From Promethearchaeota archaeon (lineage in GTDB: Archaea; Asgardarchaeota; Lokiarchaeia; Sigyniarchaeales; SOKP01): a stretch of 30,330 nt of DNA. The stretch covers positions 1 through 30,330 of the forward strand of contig JAEOTS010000085.1 of the NCBI GenBank assembly GCA_016839745.1, written 5' to 3'. The notes under the pieces are model-generated. The model was not told the origin of the DNA and searched no databases. It saw nothing but the letters and a program-made list of their open reading frames with translations. Position numbers and translations under genes: made by a program. Shown here in pieces: positions 1 to 10,173 of the stretch; the stretch's first letter is position 1; each line of letters begins with the position of its first letter.

Positions 1-210
1 CAATTGAACTCTTTGATTTTTCCAGTTTAAGACCAATCCTTGAATTTTTTCTTCATTATCTAAGGCCATATGTATTTCAGTGCTTTCTGGATATTGAGCA
101 TAATCAACATGAAAAAAAAAATACTCAGCGAAGTTATTTTTAATATAATCATAAAAAAAGGCTTCATTATCAGGTGTTACTCGAACTGATTTTAATCTTT
201 CAATCTTCAT
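1..210 (-). CDS. Hypothetical protein, N-terminal 70 codons (runs off window start)
   Basis: ATG at 210-208 opens an uninterrupted frame to base 1: MKIERLKSVRVTPDNEAFFYDYIKNNFAEYFFFHVDYAQYPESTEIHMALDNEEKIQGLVLNWKNQRVQL. Absent from the ORF track because it is truncated. Confidence 0.7.
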   Translation of the reverse strand, partial: MKIERLKSVRVTPDNEAFFYDYIKNNFAEYFFFHVDYAQYPESTEIHMALDNEEKIQGLVLNWKNQRVQL

Positions 211-264
211 AGAACAATCTAAGTATTTGAAAACTATAAAAATTTCGGTAAATTCAGCGTCTGA

Positions 265-286
265 TTTCAATGAAAATTCATTGAAA
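265..286. promoter_or_regulatory. Perfect inverted repeat TTTCAATGAA-aa-TTCATTGAAA, candidate transcription-factor operator
   Basis: 10-bp arms with a 2-nt spacer in the divergent intergenic region 211-446. Confidence 0.35.
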
Positions 287-446
287 AAACTTTGAAATTT
301 GTATTAGATTATAGTAAAAATTTCTTAATTTATTTGAGGCTATACTCTAACCAGAAAATTTTATATATTAATTAGATATTTTTTACATTAATGGACATTA
401 TTGTCTATACATTTTTGGCGAATATAATTAATATGAGTGGAAAAAA

Positions 447-893
447 ATGGAACAAAAAAAATTATTTAATATTGGTACAATTTTACTTCTTGCTACGGTT
501 GTAGTTCTGCTATTATATGGTATTCTCTACTTAGCTACTGGAAGTCCAGCTATTACTGGAGCTTTAACTTATATCGGAAAGACTGAAGCGGAGATAAATG
601 CTTTTGATCCCGAATTGATGATTATACTTAGCTATCAGCTAAGGGTATTAGGAATTGCATACATGAACCTTGGAATTGCATATATATTAATAATCTACTT
701 TGGTTTTCGAAAAAAAGAGAAGTGGGCTTGGATAGCTACCCTAATAGCATTTGGTGGTTTTGGTGTACCACTGACGCTCATGAGCATTAGTGTAATGGGT
801 ATAGATATCGATATAATAATCTTATTCATTGTTCTGATTATTCAGATAGTAGGAGCGATTATAACCTATAAAAGTTTTTTCGGAGCCGAATAA
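447..893 (+). CDS. Hypothetical membrane protein (about 4 TM helices)
   Basis: 148-aa ORF with four long hydrophobic segments and a basic/Trp loop (RKKEKWAW). Confidence 0.8.
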   Translation: MEQKKLFNIGTILLLATVVVLLLYGILYLATGSPAITGALTYIGKTEAEINAFDPELMIILSYQLRVLGIAYMNLGIAYILIIYFGFRKKEKWAWIATLIAFGGFGVPLTLMSISVMGIDIDIIILFIVLIIQIVGAIITYKSFFGAE

Positions 894-940
894 AGAAATT
901 ATAACAGATATTTATTCTAAAAATTATCAAAATTTTAAAT

Positions 941-953
941 TTCTTTTTTTTTT
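941..953 (+). terminator. Oligo-T tract, probable archaeal intrinsic terminator
   Basis: ttctttttttttt about 50 nt downstream of the 447-893 stop. Confidence 0.35.
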
Positions 954-1092
954 AAATTAGAATCTCGTAGGAGTTTAGAATGGTTAGCCCTCAACAATTA
1001 TCCAATTTCTGATTGGATTAAATACATCTTATTTTCATTCAAGGAATGAATTCATAAGTCTTAAAGAGAGCTATACATTTAATAAGGTAATA

Positions 1093-1302
1093 ATGAAGGA
1101 ACGTAAAAGGGCATTTCTAAAGAACCTAATATTCTTCGCGGTTTTTTTTATTGGCACCGTATTCTCTATAGCGTTTCTTGTAGTCAGAGAATTTGAGAAT
1201 TGGGTAGAATATCAGATTTCTATAAGTATAATGGTAACGTTAATTATGTTTATGGGGTTTTTTTTCTTTTCTGCGCTACATTATGTAATTCGGAAAGGAT
1301 AA
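1093..1302 (+). CDS. Small two-TM membrane protein
   Basis: 69 aa with a basic N-terminus and two hydrophobic helices; SD-like AAGGT upstream; converges on the next gene. Confidence 0.7.
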   Translation: MKERKRAFLKNLIFFAVFFIGTVFSIAFLVVREFENWVEYQISISIMVTLIMFMGFFFFSALHYVIRKG

Positions 1303-1308
1303 TTCAAG

Positions 1309-2034
1309 TTAAGTTTCATTAATAGAATTGACAATGGCTTTTGTGAATGCTTTGACAAATTTTATTGTTAGTGAGGAATCCATACGAATATATTTTGCGA
1401 CTTCAACTTGAATTGTATTTACTTGTTTAGTATTATAAAACTGGTGAGTAATATACCCTCCAGAATATGCTAAACTATATTCTGATTCTGCAAATCCATT
1501 GTCGATACTAAAATGCTTTGAAATTTCTTTTTCTAATTGATGACACCCCCAAAATTTCTCACAAGCTTTGCTCGTGGAATCTTGAATAAGATCAAGCGTT
1601 TTACCAAAGATGTGACCAAAAATAATGTCAGGATAGTTCTCATACGGGCGGGTAAATCCATGGAAATCTATCACCAGAGCTTTGTCAAACTGAGCAAGGC
1701 ACTCTTGAGAGAACTTAATTAATTGGTCGTGAAAGGCATGAAAAATTCCGTTCGCTTCTGTGGAAGATTTATTAAACGCCGAGGGCGAATGAGGCGGCCT
1801 GTTTAAATCTAATTTACTTCTGTGAACTTTATTGAGAATATAGTAGATATCGATTCCTTCTTTTTTTAATAGATTTATTATTAATTTTGTGATAAAATAT
1901 GTGTTCTTATCGGCGATTTTTGGACCCTTAATTTTGTTTGGAATCCTTTTGGGCTTTTTATACCCTCCGTGAGGACAAGATAAAATCACAGGCGTGGTGC
2001 CTTCAGCGAATTCAAAATATTTGCGAAAATCCAT
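1309..2034 (-). CDS. N-formylglutamate amidohydrolase (FGase) family Zn hydrolase
   Basis: Motifs SCPHGG, D-x-x-T, SKLDLNR, IDFHGF, YSGGYIT and IQVE in family order. Confidence 0.8.
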   Translation of the reverse strand: MDFRKYFEFAEGTTPVILSCPHGGYKKPKRIPNKIKGPKIADKNTYFITKLIINLLKKEGIDIYYILNKVHRSKLDLNRPPHSPSAFNKSSTEANGIFHAFHDQLIKFSQECLAQFDKALVIDFHGFTRPYENYPDIIFGHIFGKTLDLIQDSTSKACEKFWGCHQLEKEISKHFSIDNGFAESEYSLAYSGGYITHQFYNTKQVNTIQVEVAKYIRMDSSLTIKFVKAFTKAIVNSINET

Positions 2035-2290
2035 TCAAGATAAAAAATTAATATCGAATTAAAAAGTTTGATAAATGACTCTGAAGTTCATAAATGTAAT
2101 TATATTTTTTTTCTTTAATGGGTTTAAACCTTCTAACAATTTATTGTCGGTAAATCTTTTTAGCTTTCTAATTGAGTTATAAGCACGATTCATTATTGAC
2201 TTAATAATTATTTTCATAATGTTTTTTAAATTTGTTAATTTTTATTTATTACAATTTAGTAAATAATTACGTTACCATTTAATTGAGGTA

Positions 2291-2587
2291 TTGGATAGAT
2301 TGACTATTGACGATTTGATAAGTTTTTTAAAAAAGAAAGGTTTTAGAGATACCTTAGAAGTCTTAATGAATTCTAAGGGCCATAAGATTGACAAACACGC
2401 CTTCTATAACGAATTAAACAAATTCAGCTACTACAATTCGTATTTTCGCGTTAAGGAGGACTTAATCGAGCGAGGCTTGATTACGATTGAGCAGAATAAC
2501 AAAAAGAAATTCGTTAAACTAACCCCTAAGGGTTTAGATGTGTATAATAAGCTGGTTGAAATTAATAACTTAATAAATAACAAATAG
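2291..2587 (+). CDS. Winged helix-turn-helix protein (MarR/ArsR-like wing), putative regulator
   Basis: LIERGLI...KKFVKLTPKG wing motif; TTG start just after SD-like GAGGT. Confidence 0.75.
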   Translation: MDRLTIDDLISFLKKKGFRDTLEVLMNSKGHKIDKHAFYNELNKFSYYNSYFRVKEDLIERGLITIEQNNKKKFVKLTPKGLDVYNKLVEINNLINNK

Positions 2588-2695
2588 ATAACACTTCTTA
2601 CGCATTTCTCAAAACTTAGTAAAAATTTTTTTATTCTTTCTTACTTTTTTTAACCTATAGAATCTCTTTATTTATTAATTAGGAGTTAGGACAGA

Positions 2696-3328
2696 TTGAT
2701 TTTTAAAAGACTAGTAGTTGGTGCTTTAGCAACAAACTGCTACATTTTCGGCTCTAAAAAGACGAGTGAACTTGTTGTAATAGACCCCGGAGGGAACGCG
2801 GATACAATTATTAAATCTATAGAGGAATTAGGTGGGAAACCGGTAGCAGTTTTGTTAACTCATGGACACTTTGATCATACTACAAAAGTTAGCAGGATCT
2901 TACGACATTTTCAAATTCCACTGATGTATAGCAAAAAGGAATATGAATCTGGAACTTTCACCCATAAAGAGGCTAACAGATGGTTAGTAGAAGGGGATAT
3001 AATCAATGTTGGAGAAATCGTTCTTCACACTTTAGAAACACCCGGACATAGTCCTGGCTCTCTATGTTTTTATTCTGCTGATGTCAAAGAACTTAATGGA
3101 AAAAAAATTGACGGAATATTATTTTCGGGGGATTTAATATTCAGAGGAAGCGTAGGTAGATCTGATTTTCAAGGCGGTAATCAAAATCTTTTATTTTCAA
3201 GTATTAAAAACAAAATAATGAATAATAAAGAACTAACCGATAACTTTATCGTTTGCTCCGGACACATGGGCCTAACGACGATAGGGGAAGAAAGAGCACA
3301 CAATATGTTCAGAAAGTATTTCCTTTAG
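2696..3328 (+). CDS. Metallo-beta-lactamase-fold hydrolase (glyoxalase II/YcbL-like)
   Basis: TNCY, IDPG, THGHFDH, TPGHSPG, FSGD and GH motifs; TTG start with AGGAG upstream. Confidence 0.9.
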   Translation: MIFKRLVVGALATNCYIFGSKKTSELVVIDPGGNADTIIKSIEELGGKPVAVLLTHGHFDHTTKVSRILRHFQIPLMYSKKEYESGTFTHKEANRWLVEGDIINVGEIVLHTLETPGHSPGSLCFYSADVKELNGKKIDGILFSGDLIFRGSVGRSDFQGGNQNLLFSSIKNKIMNNKELTDNFIVCSGHMGLTTIGEERAHNMFRKYFL

Positions 3329-3406
3329 TTATTTAAGATATATCTATATGATAGTTGTTAAAAATAATAATGGAGCTACGTAAAGTTAAAATTAAAAAAG
3401 AGAGTC

Positions 3407-3691
3407 TTACTTTAGGATAATTAGAATAAGTTGTTCCTCTAAAGCAATCATGGTTTCTCCTTTTGATGTTTCTAAGCGTATAAATTTCAAGCCACCTTCT
3501 TTCAAAGCCTCGACTACTTGTTTACCTTTACCGATTAGCGACGTTACATAAGCAGAAATTTCTTCGCTAATTTCAATATCCATGTTGGAATCTATTGGTA
3601 AGCCACTTGAGTCGCAAATTATGACGCCACGAATACCTTCTCTTTCCTCAAAACGACGTATGATAGCCTTAACTTCTTGACGATTAATCAA
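3407..3691 (-). CDS. Roadblock/LC7 domain protein, dynein light chain roadblock-like
   Basis: 94 aa with GIRGVIICDSSGLPIDSNMD...LKFIRLETSKGETMIA pattern and no C-terminal helix; TTG start with GGTGA upstream. Confidence 0.85.
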   Translation of the reverse strand: MINRQEVKAIIRRFEEREGIRGVIICDSSGLPIDSNMDIEISEEISAYVTSLIGKGKQVVEALKEGGLKFIRLETSKGETMIALEEQLILIILK

Positions 3692-3964
3692 ATTCTAATT
3701 TTCACCATTTAAACGTTAAATAAATTAAATTTAATTTTAATGATATAATTATAATATATTCTGTATTTAAAAAATTATCATCTTCTTTTTAATAAGATAT
3801 AAATAATTTAAGGGTAATTTGGAAAGTATTATCTGGACTAATTATACTAAAATAAATTTAAATTACTTTAAAATATATATATATTTAAGAATTTATTTGT
3901 ACTAATTTAGATAAGCTAATTCAGAATTCAAACTGATAATAAAAAAATAAAGAGTCGCGTTACT

Positions 3965-4318
3965 ATGGTAGACAAAAAGGTTATTGAAAAGAAATTAGCA
4001 GAATTATTTGATATTGTTCCTGAAACTGAAGGATTAATTGCCTCTGATCTTGAAGGTAAAGTAATTGTAGGACAAACTTTAACAGAGATGGACCACAGTG
4101 GAATCGCGAAAAAATGCAGCGCAATAATAAAAGAATCTAATGATCTTGGCACCAATACAGGAAAAGGAGCATTGAAGTCTGCCACTATCGAATTAGAAAG
4201 CGGGTATGCGGTAATTGTTGCTTCCAATACTGGGATACTAATTGCTTTAGCAGGAATAGATGGGAAAGCATCTCTTTCTCTTCTTAAAAGAAATTTAGTT
4301 TCGATTTCAAACTTATAA
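3965..4318 (+). CDS. Roadblock/LC7 (MglB/LAMTOR2-like) domain protein
   Basis: 117 aa with GLIASDLEGKVI...LKSATIELESGYAVIV...ILIALA plus a C-terminal amphipathic helix. Confidence 0.75.
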   Translation: MVDKKVIEKKLAELFDIVPETEGLIASDLEGKVIVGQTLTEMDHSGIAKKCSAIIKESNDLGTNTGKGALKSATIELESGYAVIVASNTGILIALAGIDGKASLSLLKRNLVSISNL

Positions 4319-4363
4319 CTTTATTTCCTCTTTTTTAAAATAAAAACTAAAAAAAGTTAAGAT

Positions 4364-7300
4364 TTATTCTTTATCCTTAAGACCTTTTTCTTCTAATAAA
4401 GAATCTAAATCTGTCGCGGGTTTGGGTTTTTCTTCTTCTACGATTTTTTGTTTTTTAAGTTTCTTTTTACTTAGCTTTTTCTGTTTTTTCGTCGGAGTTT
4501 CCATTATTTTTTCTTCCGTATCTTCGGATGGTAGTTCGCTCACAGATACATATTTTCCTCTCCTTGGTTTGGTTTTAATCGGTTCTTCAAAAGGAGTTTC
4601 AATTTTCTTGATTGTTCTTCTTACGTAAATAAACATCACTGCCCACACTACCACGAAAATACCAATCATTATTAATGTAAAAAAGCCGATGATTAAATTA
4701 TCAAGAACAGCGTCATAGATATCAAATATTTCAGAGGCTTGAAATGTTACTTCCTCTTGAGTTATTTCATTTCTTACACCGATAGATACTAAAATGCTCA
4801 TTTGATCGATAGCTGGTATGTCAATTTTTATCAATATCTCCGTAGTATCTCCCGGTTTAAACTGTGCTAGCGTAAAATAATCGATCTGCACAATACTATA
4901 CGTTAAAACGGGAGAGATTTGAATAGAAATATTAGAACTTAGCACATTGAGCTCAGAATCACCTATGTTATTTAAAGTTATCTGTATCATCGATTGACCG
5001 TTTTTAAACAACTGATCTACATTCGAGGTTATCCGTAATGATATGTCGTTAAATGCTCGAAACAAAGTTACGGTAATGTTACGTGAATTTGTTAAAGTGT
5101 ATTGATCCCCATGCCAAGTTAACCGAAATTTAAACTGGTCTTCACTCGGTAATGAAGATGTATCGATTTCAAAATTTGTCGTTCCATTAATATCTGCGAT
5201 TTGAGTCGAAAGGTTTTCCCATAAATCATTATCTAAGAATTGGAGTGTAATATTTTCGTTTGGAATTTCATCACCAAACTCAGTACTTAAAACAGAACTT
5301 ATGTTAAATTTTTGGCCGTATATTGGTGTTTCAGGATCAATTACGATATCTGAGAATTTGCTATTTCTTTTCAAGGAGAACGAGCTAATGAATTGGTTAT
5401 AGCTGCTAACGAAATTTCTATCAAATACATTAATTACGAATGTTGTTTGATTTGGTAGGTATAAACATTCGTCTCTTTCGAAAGGTTTTAATATTCCAGC
5501 GGCTGAAATTTCAGTATTAGACTTCAAAGCAATTATATAACCTTCAAACTCAGCTTGGGTGCTATTTATTATTAATGAATACTCGCTACTCTCAAAAGTA
5601 TCAACTTCATGACTTTCTCCGTTATACTCAAAGAAAATCGTGACCTTCGTTTTTGCTCCTCCTTTTCGTATAGGAGCATTGACACCTTGCCAAATTCCAT
5701 CTCCAAACAGGGTAGGTATTGTTAGATCAACAAAGAACTCTTGTGTATCAGCACCATTAGGATCAATACTAGGATTTAACGTTTTAATCCCTGAAGTTTT
5801 TTCAGCAATTATCCATTCTTCATTAACTAAAGATACCAATTGAACATTTAATTTCACTTCTAATTCAAGAAATCCGTGTAAATTACGAATTCGAGTGCCA
5901 ATTCTAATATCTTCGCTAGGATTCAAGATTGTTTCATTTTGTAAAAAAGTTTCTACTAGTATCGGTATTTCTTCTTCGTTTATTTCTTGAATATATTCTT
6001 GATTAACATCGGAGTCATTAACAGCGTAAAAATCAGGATAGTACCCATCATCAGTAACATTTACAGTAGCAATTAATATTGAAAATTCTGTAAGACCTAT
6101 TTTATGTACAAATGCATCCAGCGTGTTTTGGTCAGAGTCTGGTTCGTAATAGAAATCGTTCATATCGACATCGTAAGCATCAATATATAATTTAAGCTTT
6201 TGACATCCAATTGCGGAGCCGTTCTCCCAAAAGAAACCTAAATAATAGTTTCCAAGAAGTGGTGTATCTTGAGTAACATCTAGAATTGTTTGGTTGTTAA
6301 AATCGTATATGAGATAATTACCATCGATGACTCCAACCCCAGAATTCATTTCAGCTCCAGGAAATTTAGTGCTATTATCTGGATAAAATAAAATTGCATT
6401 AGCATTTCCCGTAGAAGGCGGCGCACCACCAGGTCCTTGAATGTCAAGGCTAATAGAGATGTTATCTCCGTACATAAAGCCATTTGTTTCCCACAATATG
6501 TCGTCATAGTTGATGTAACTATGCGTATCATAAATGAGATTACTACTATTTAGCTCCAGAGAATACTGACCGCTTATACCATTAACAATGTAGTCTGGAA
6601 CAGGTGTATAATCATATGAGGGTTTGGAGAGTAAACTGCGTTCCTCTCCTGTTTTGTTCAATACTTCTCCGTAAATACCGTCATAATTCGGATTTGTTAA
6701 ATTGTGCGCACTATAATCGTTCGGATACACAAACCAAAATTCATGGAAGTTCCAATCGTTTAGGTTCGGATCTGCGAGGTTTAGCGTGAAATTTAACTGC
6801 CATTCAGGAGTTGTATCATACGATACATTATAGTAACTATTTGCGTTTTCTATCCAATATGCCTTTACTGAATAACTAACATTAAATTCAAATCCTCCGA
6901 TAATACTTTGATTCCAAGCAAGATCTATTGGAAAATTGTAAGAACCATCATTGATAATATCAGTTGTAAAGTTGCTATTCCAATGACCTTTTCCCCAAGT
7001 TAGGGATGAACTTACATCATAAGGAGGATCGCTAAAAACGCTATTATTTAATGGAATATCTTGAATTTTTAATGTGTCTTGACTATCATAAGGGTTAGTA
7101 AAGTCTGAAGGCATATATGCCCTAGTTACATTCAATCTAAATGCGGCTGCGTCTAATATTTCGGAGAGATATAATGGTGATGAGGGCACTTGTTTTTTAG
7201 CGATATTCCACGTAGATCCACTGTTTTCAGAAGTCCTTAATTGATGATCTACTTGAGAATCTGGATCACCATAGGTTTGCCGGGGAAGCGTAACTAAACT

Positions 7301-8551
7301 AAAAATCTCTTCAGTATGATTCGATGCTATCACTACAAAATAGTTGTAAAGTTTAAGGTTTTGAGTATTTGCATGATTAAATTCGAAGTAGGATAAAGAA
7401 TCTCCATGGTATTCGTTAAAACCAATTATCATCGAATCAATAAGTTTAGCATTATTAGGTTCTAGATTGTTTGTAGCTAAATTTAGTTGAGTTCGTGGTA
7501 TTGTAGCATTTGCTTCGTATAAAGTTATGTTTAATTCTGCGTTTACGGCTTTAGTGAGGTTTAAAGTTCTAATCCAGGCGTAAAAACCGTTAATCGTCGA
7601 ACTTTTTCCCTTTAAATCAAATTCTAAAGCCACTTGCTTGCTTTCGGAGATTGGCAAATCAAATCCATAAGTAGACGCCATTTCGAAATCTCTTAATGTA
7701 AAGATAAAATCAGGAGAATCGTATTTTTGGAGGTAAAATTGTATTTGACTAATATCAGAGGAGTTAATATAATTTAGATTTTCATTGGCAAATCGTTCTT
7801 CGAAGGGTTGGATGCCTAAACTGTAATTTATAAACATCCTATCAGTTACATTTATCCAAGTAAAGTCAGAGATATCAAACATTTTTAAGGTTAAAAAGGC
7901 GCTACTATTAAGACTACTTGAAAATTTTGAAATTAAACCTAATATCAGAGATCGATCGAAATTAACATCGAATAAAGATCCATCGTAGATAGTACTAGCA
8001 AAATCTGAGGAAATTGTAAAATTCAGTATACCACCTGAAGATTCTAATCGCAAATTATTAAAATTTATAGGATCAAGGTTAGTTCCAGTATTAATACTCA
8101 TAGACGAAGTACCTTCATTAAAAACAAATTTTATAAAATCATCTGCATATAACGCGTCCGTGTCTTCAATTACATAATCAGTTGTGAAGTTGTTCTGGAA
8201 TGTGAAATTGAAATTTCCGTATGTCAAGTATGTTGGATCCGTAGTTGACATAGAAGGAATGTCAAAAGATTCTTGATTATTATCGTTCGAGTCGGAACTA
8301 TTTAACGCGTAAATTCTAACATCTTGATTGTCCCCTGAACCCGTAATATAGTAATCTGTTAGATACGGGTCAATATCAGAAAGCTTAACATTATTATCGT
8401 TATTTAACCAATTTTGGTCTTGGTTATTATTTGCATCAAAATTAAAATTACTAAAAATCTGAATATTTGCTAACAGCATAAAAAACATAAATATGCTTGC
8501 CACTATAATTCTTTTAACATCCTTTTTTCGTCGTTGAATCAAAAAAACCAA
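4364..8551 (-). CDS. Large membrane-anchored cell-surface protein (beta-rich, Ig/CARDB-like C-terminal domains)
   Basis: 1395 aa. N-terminal signal-like segment, Asn/Asp-rich ectodomain with many N-x-S/T sequons, one C-terminal TM (LIIGFF...MFIYVRR) and a charged cytoplasmic tail of about 80 aa. Confidence 0.85.
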   Translation of the reverse strand: MVFLIQRRKKDVKRIIVASIFMFFMLLANIQIFSNFNFDANNNQDQNWLNNDNNVKLSDIDPYLTDYYITGSGDNQDVRIYALNSSDSNDNNQESFDIPSMSTTDPTYLTYGNFNFTFQNNFTTDYVIEDTDALYADDFIKFVFNEGTSSMSINTGTNLDPINFNNLRLESSGGILNFTISSDFASTIYDGSLFDVNFDRSLILGLISKFSSSLNSSAFLTLKMFDISDFTWINVTDRMFINYSLGIQPFEERFANENLNYINSSDISQIQFYLQKYDSPDFIFTLRDFEMASTYGFDLPISESKQVALEFDLKGKSSTINGFYAWIRTLNLTKAVNAELNITLYEANATIPRTQLNLATNNLEPNNAKLIDSMIIGFNEYHGDSLSYFEFNHANTQNLKLYNYFVVIASNHTEEIFSLVTLPRQTYGDPDSQVDHQLRTSENSGSTWNIAKKQVPSSPLYLSEILDAAAFRLNVTRAYMPSDFTNPYDSQDTLKIQDIPLNNSVFSDPPYDVSSSLTWGKGHWNSNFTTDIINDGSYNFPIDLAWNQSIIGGFEFNVSYSVKAYWIENANSYYNVSYDTTPEWQLNFTLNLADPNLNDWNFHEFWFVYPNDYSAHNLTNPNYDGIYGEVLNKTGEERSLLSKPSYDYTPVPDYIVNGISGQYSLELNSSNLIYDTHSYINYDDILWETNGFMYGDNISISLDIQGPGGAPPSTGNANAILFYPDNSTKFPGAEMNSGVGVIDGNYLIYDFNNQTILDVTQDTPLLGNYYLGFFWENGSAIGCQKLKLYIDAYDVDMNDFYYEPDSDQNTLDAFVHKIGLTEFSILIATVNVTDDGYYPDFYAVNDSDVNQEYIQEINEEEIPILVETFLQNETILNPSEDIRIGTRIRNLHGFLELEVKLNVQLVSLVNEEWIIAEKTSGIKTLNPSIDPNGADTQEFFVDLTIPTLFGDGIWQGVNAPIRKGGAKTKVTIFFEYNGESHEVDTFESSEYSLIINSTQAEFEGYIIALKSNTEISAAGILKPFERDECLYLPNQTTFVINVFDRNFVSSYNQFISSFSLKRNSKFSDIVIDPETPIYGQKFNISSVLSTEFGDEIPNENITLQFLDNDLWENLSTQIADINGTTNFEIDTSSLPSEDQFKFRLTWHGDQYTLTNSRNITVTLFRAFNDISLRITSNVDQLFKNGQSMIQITLNNIGDSELNVLSSNISIQISPVLTYSIVQIDYFTLAQFKPGDTTEILIKIDIPAIDQMSILVSIGVRNEITQEEVTFQASEIFDIYDAVLDNLIIGFFTLIMIGIFVVVWAVMFIYVRRTIKKIETPFEEPIKTKPRRGKYVSVSELPSEDTEEKIMETPTKKQKKLSKKKLKKQKIVEEEKPKPATDLDSLLEEKGLKDKE

Positions 8552-8703
8552 CCGTTATTGTCAATATTTTAGTTATTAAATAATTTAAGAATATTAAAAT
8601 TTGCCAATTTATATTAAATTTATTCGATAGATTACTAAATGACAAGATATTCCGATTATATGATACGATAAAAAATTAAATATGAAGATGGTTAAATAAG
8701 AGT

Positions 8704-10062
8704 ATGAGTGAAGAATTAATCATAAGCAAAATTGAGCAAGAAAAAGAAGAATATATAGAATTCTTGAGGAAACTTGTACAAAGCGACTCAATCAATCCGC
8801 CTGGAAATGAAAAAAATGTAGCTTTAATTATCGAAGAATATCTGAAAAAAATAGGCGTTAAAACCGATATCTTTCCATTTGGGAATAATCGCGCCAATTT
8901 AGTAGCGTATTTAAACGAATCCTTTGATGGTAGAAATTTGTTATTTAATGGGCACATGGACACGGTTCCTCCCGGTTCAGAAGAAGATTGGAAATATCCC
9001 CCATTATCTGCTGTGATAAAGCGGAATAAGTTTATATATGGTAGAGGCACTATTGATATGAAAGGAGGGTTAGCCGCTATGGTTATTGCCTTAAAAATTT
9101 TAAAAGAGTTAAAGATAGAAGTTACGGGAAATTTAATTTTAAACGCCGTAGCTGATGAGGAAACAGGGGGAGAATTTGGGACTGGTTGGTGCATTGATAA
9201 TCCATTAAAGTCTATAAAGTGTGATTTTGCGGTGATAGGGGAAGCAACAGATTTTTTTCCGCTTACTAAAGTAATTCATGTAGGGGAAAAGGGGCGTCTT
9301 ATCATAAAAATAAAAACATGTGGGATTTCAGGCCATTCTTCATTCCCTGCAATAAGTAAAAATGCAATTTATATGATGAGCGAAATCATTGAAAAACTAG
9401 ATAAAATCGATGACTATATCCCTAAAAGCGAACCGCCGATTAAATTAGAAAAACTCAAAAAATTAATAGCAGATTCTTTTCCAAGCGAAGATCTTTTTAA
9501 CAGAATCTTAAACGAACAACCTGAAATTCAAAGCTTACTCCAATCTCTTACTAGTTATTCAAAAGCGCTTACAATGATAAAGGGAGGTATTAAAGAGAAT
9601 ATAATCCCCGATTCTTGTGAGGCTATTCTTGATGTAAGACTTTTACCAAATCAACAAGTCGAACCCATTATAGAGGCTTTAAAGAAACTTATTAGGGATG
9701 ATGTAGGATATATAGTAAAGGATGATTCAACCAGTCCTCCGGGGGAAGTTTTTGTAGAGATTAAAGTAGTAACGGCTTCTGAAGGCTCTTATTGGGAAAA
9801 TTGGGAAGAATCAGACGATTTACGTGATTTTTATAAGCTTGTGGAAACGATCTACGAGAAAAAACCATTTTTTTTTCTTATGCCCGGTTCTGCTGATGCG
9901 AAATTTATACGTAACGACGGATACTGTCCACAAACTATCTTATTCGGACCTGGTAAATCAAGAAACGCTCACTCAATAGATGAAAATATTGAGATTTTAG
10001 ATTTTATTAGAGCAATAAAGGTTTACGCGATTTTTGCTTACAAATTTCTGAGTAAGAAATGA
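8704..10062 (+). CDS. M20 family metallopeptidase/deacylase (ArgE/DapE-like)
   Basis: NGHMDTVP, GRGTIDMKGG, ADEETGG, GE, GHSS and AHSIDE motifs. Confidence 0.92.
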   Translation: MSEELIISKIEQEKEEYIEFLRKLVQSDSINPPGNEKNVALIIEEYLKKIGVKTDIFPFGNNRANLVAYLNESFDGRNLLFNGHMDTVPPGSEEDWKYPPLSAVIKRNKFIYGRGTIDMKGGLAAMVIALKILKELKIEVTGNLILNAVADEETGGEFGTGWCIDNPLKSIKCDFAVIGEATDFFPLTKVIHVGEKGRLIIKIKTCGISGHSSFPAISKNAIYMMSEIIEKLDKIDDYIPKSEPPIKLEKLKKLIADSFPSEDLFNRILNEQPEIQSLLQSLTSYSKALTMIKGGIKENIIPDSCEAILDVRLLPNQQVEPIIEALKKLIRDDVGYIVKDDSTSPPGEVFVEIKVVTASEGSYWENWEESDDLRDFYKLVETIYEKKPFFFLMPGSADAKFIRNDGYCPQTILFGPGKSRNAHSIDENIEILDFIRAIKVYAIFAYKFLSKK

Positions 10063-10173
10063 TTTAATTTGAATTTAAAGTAATAATAATTTCACATGTG
10101 AATAGTAATCTATTTAAGACTTTTTTTTTTTAATACTTTTAAATTCATTGATGATTTTATAGAAAATAAGAAA

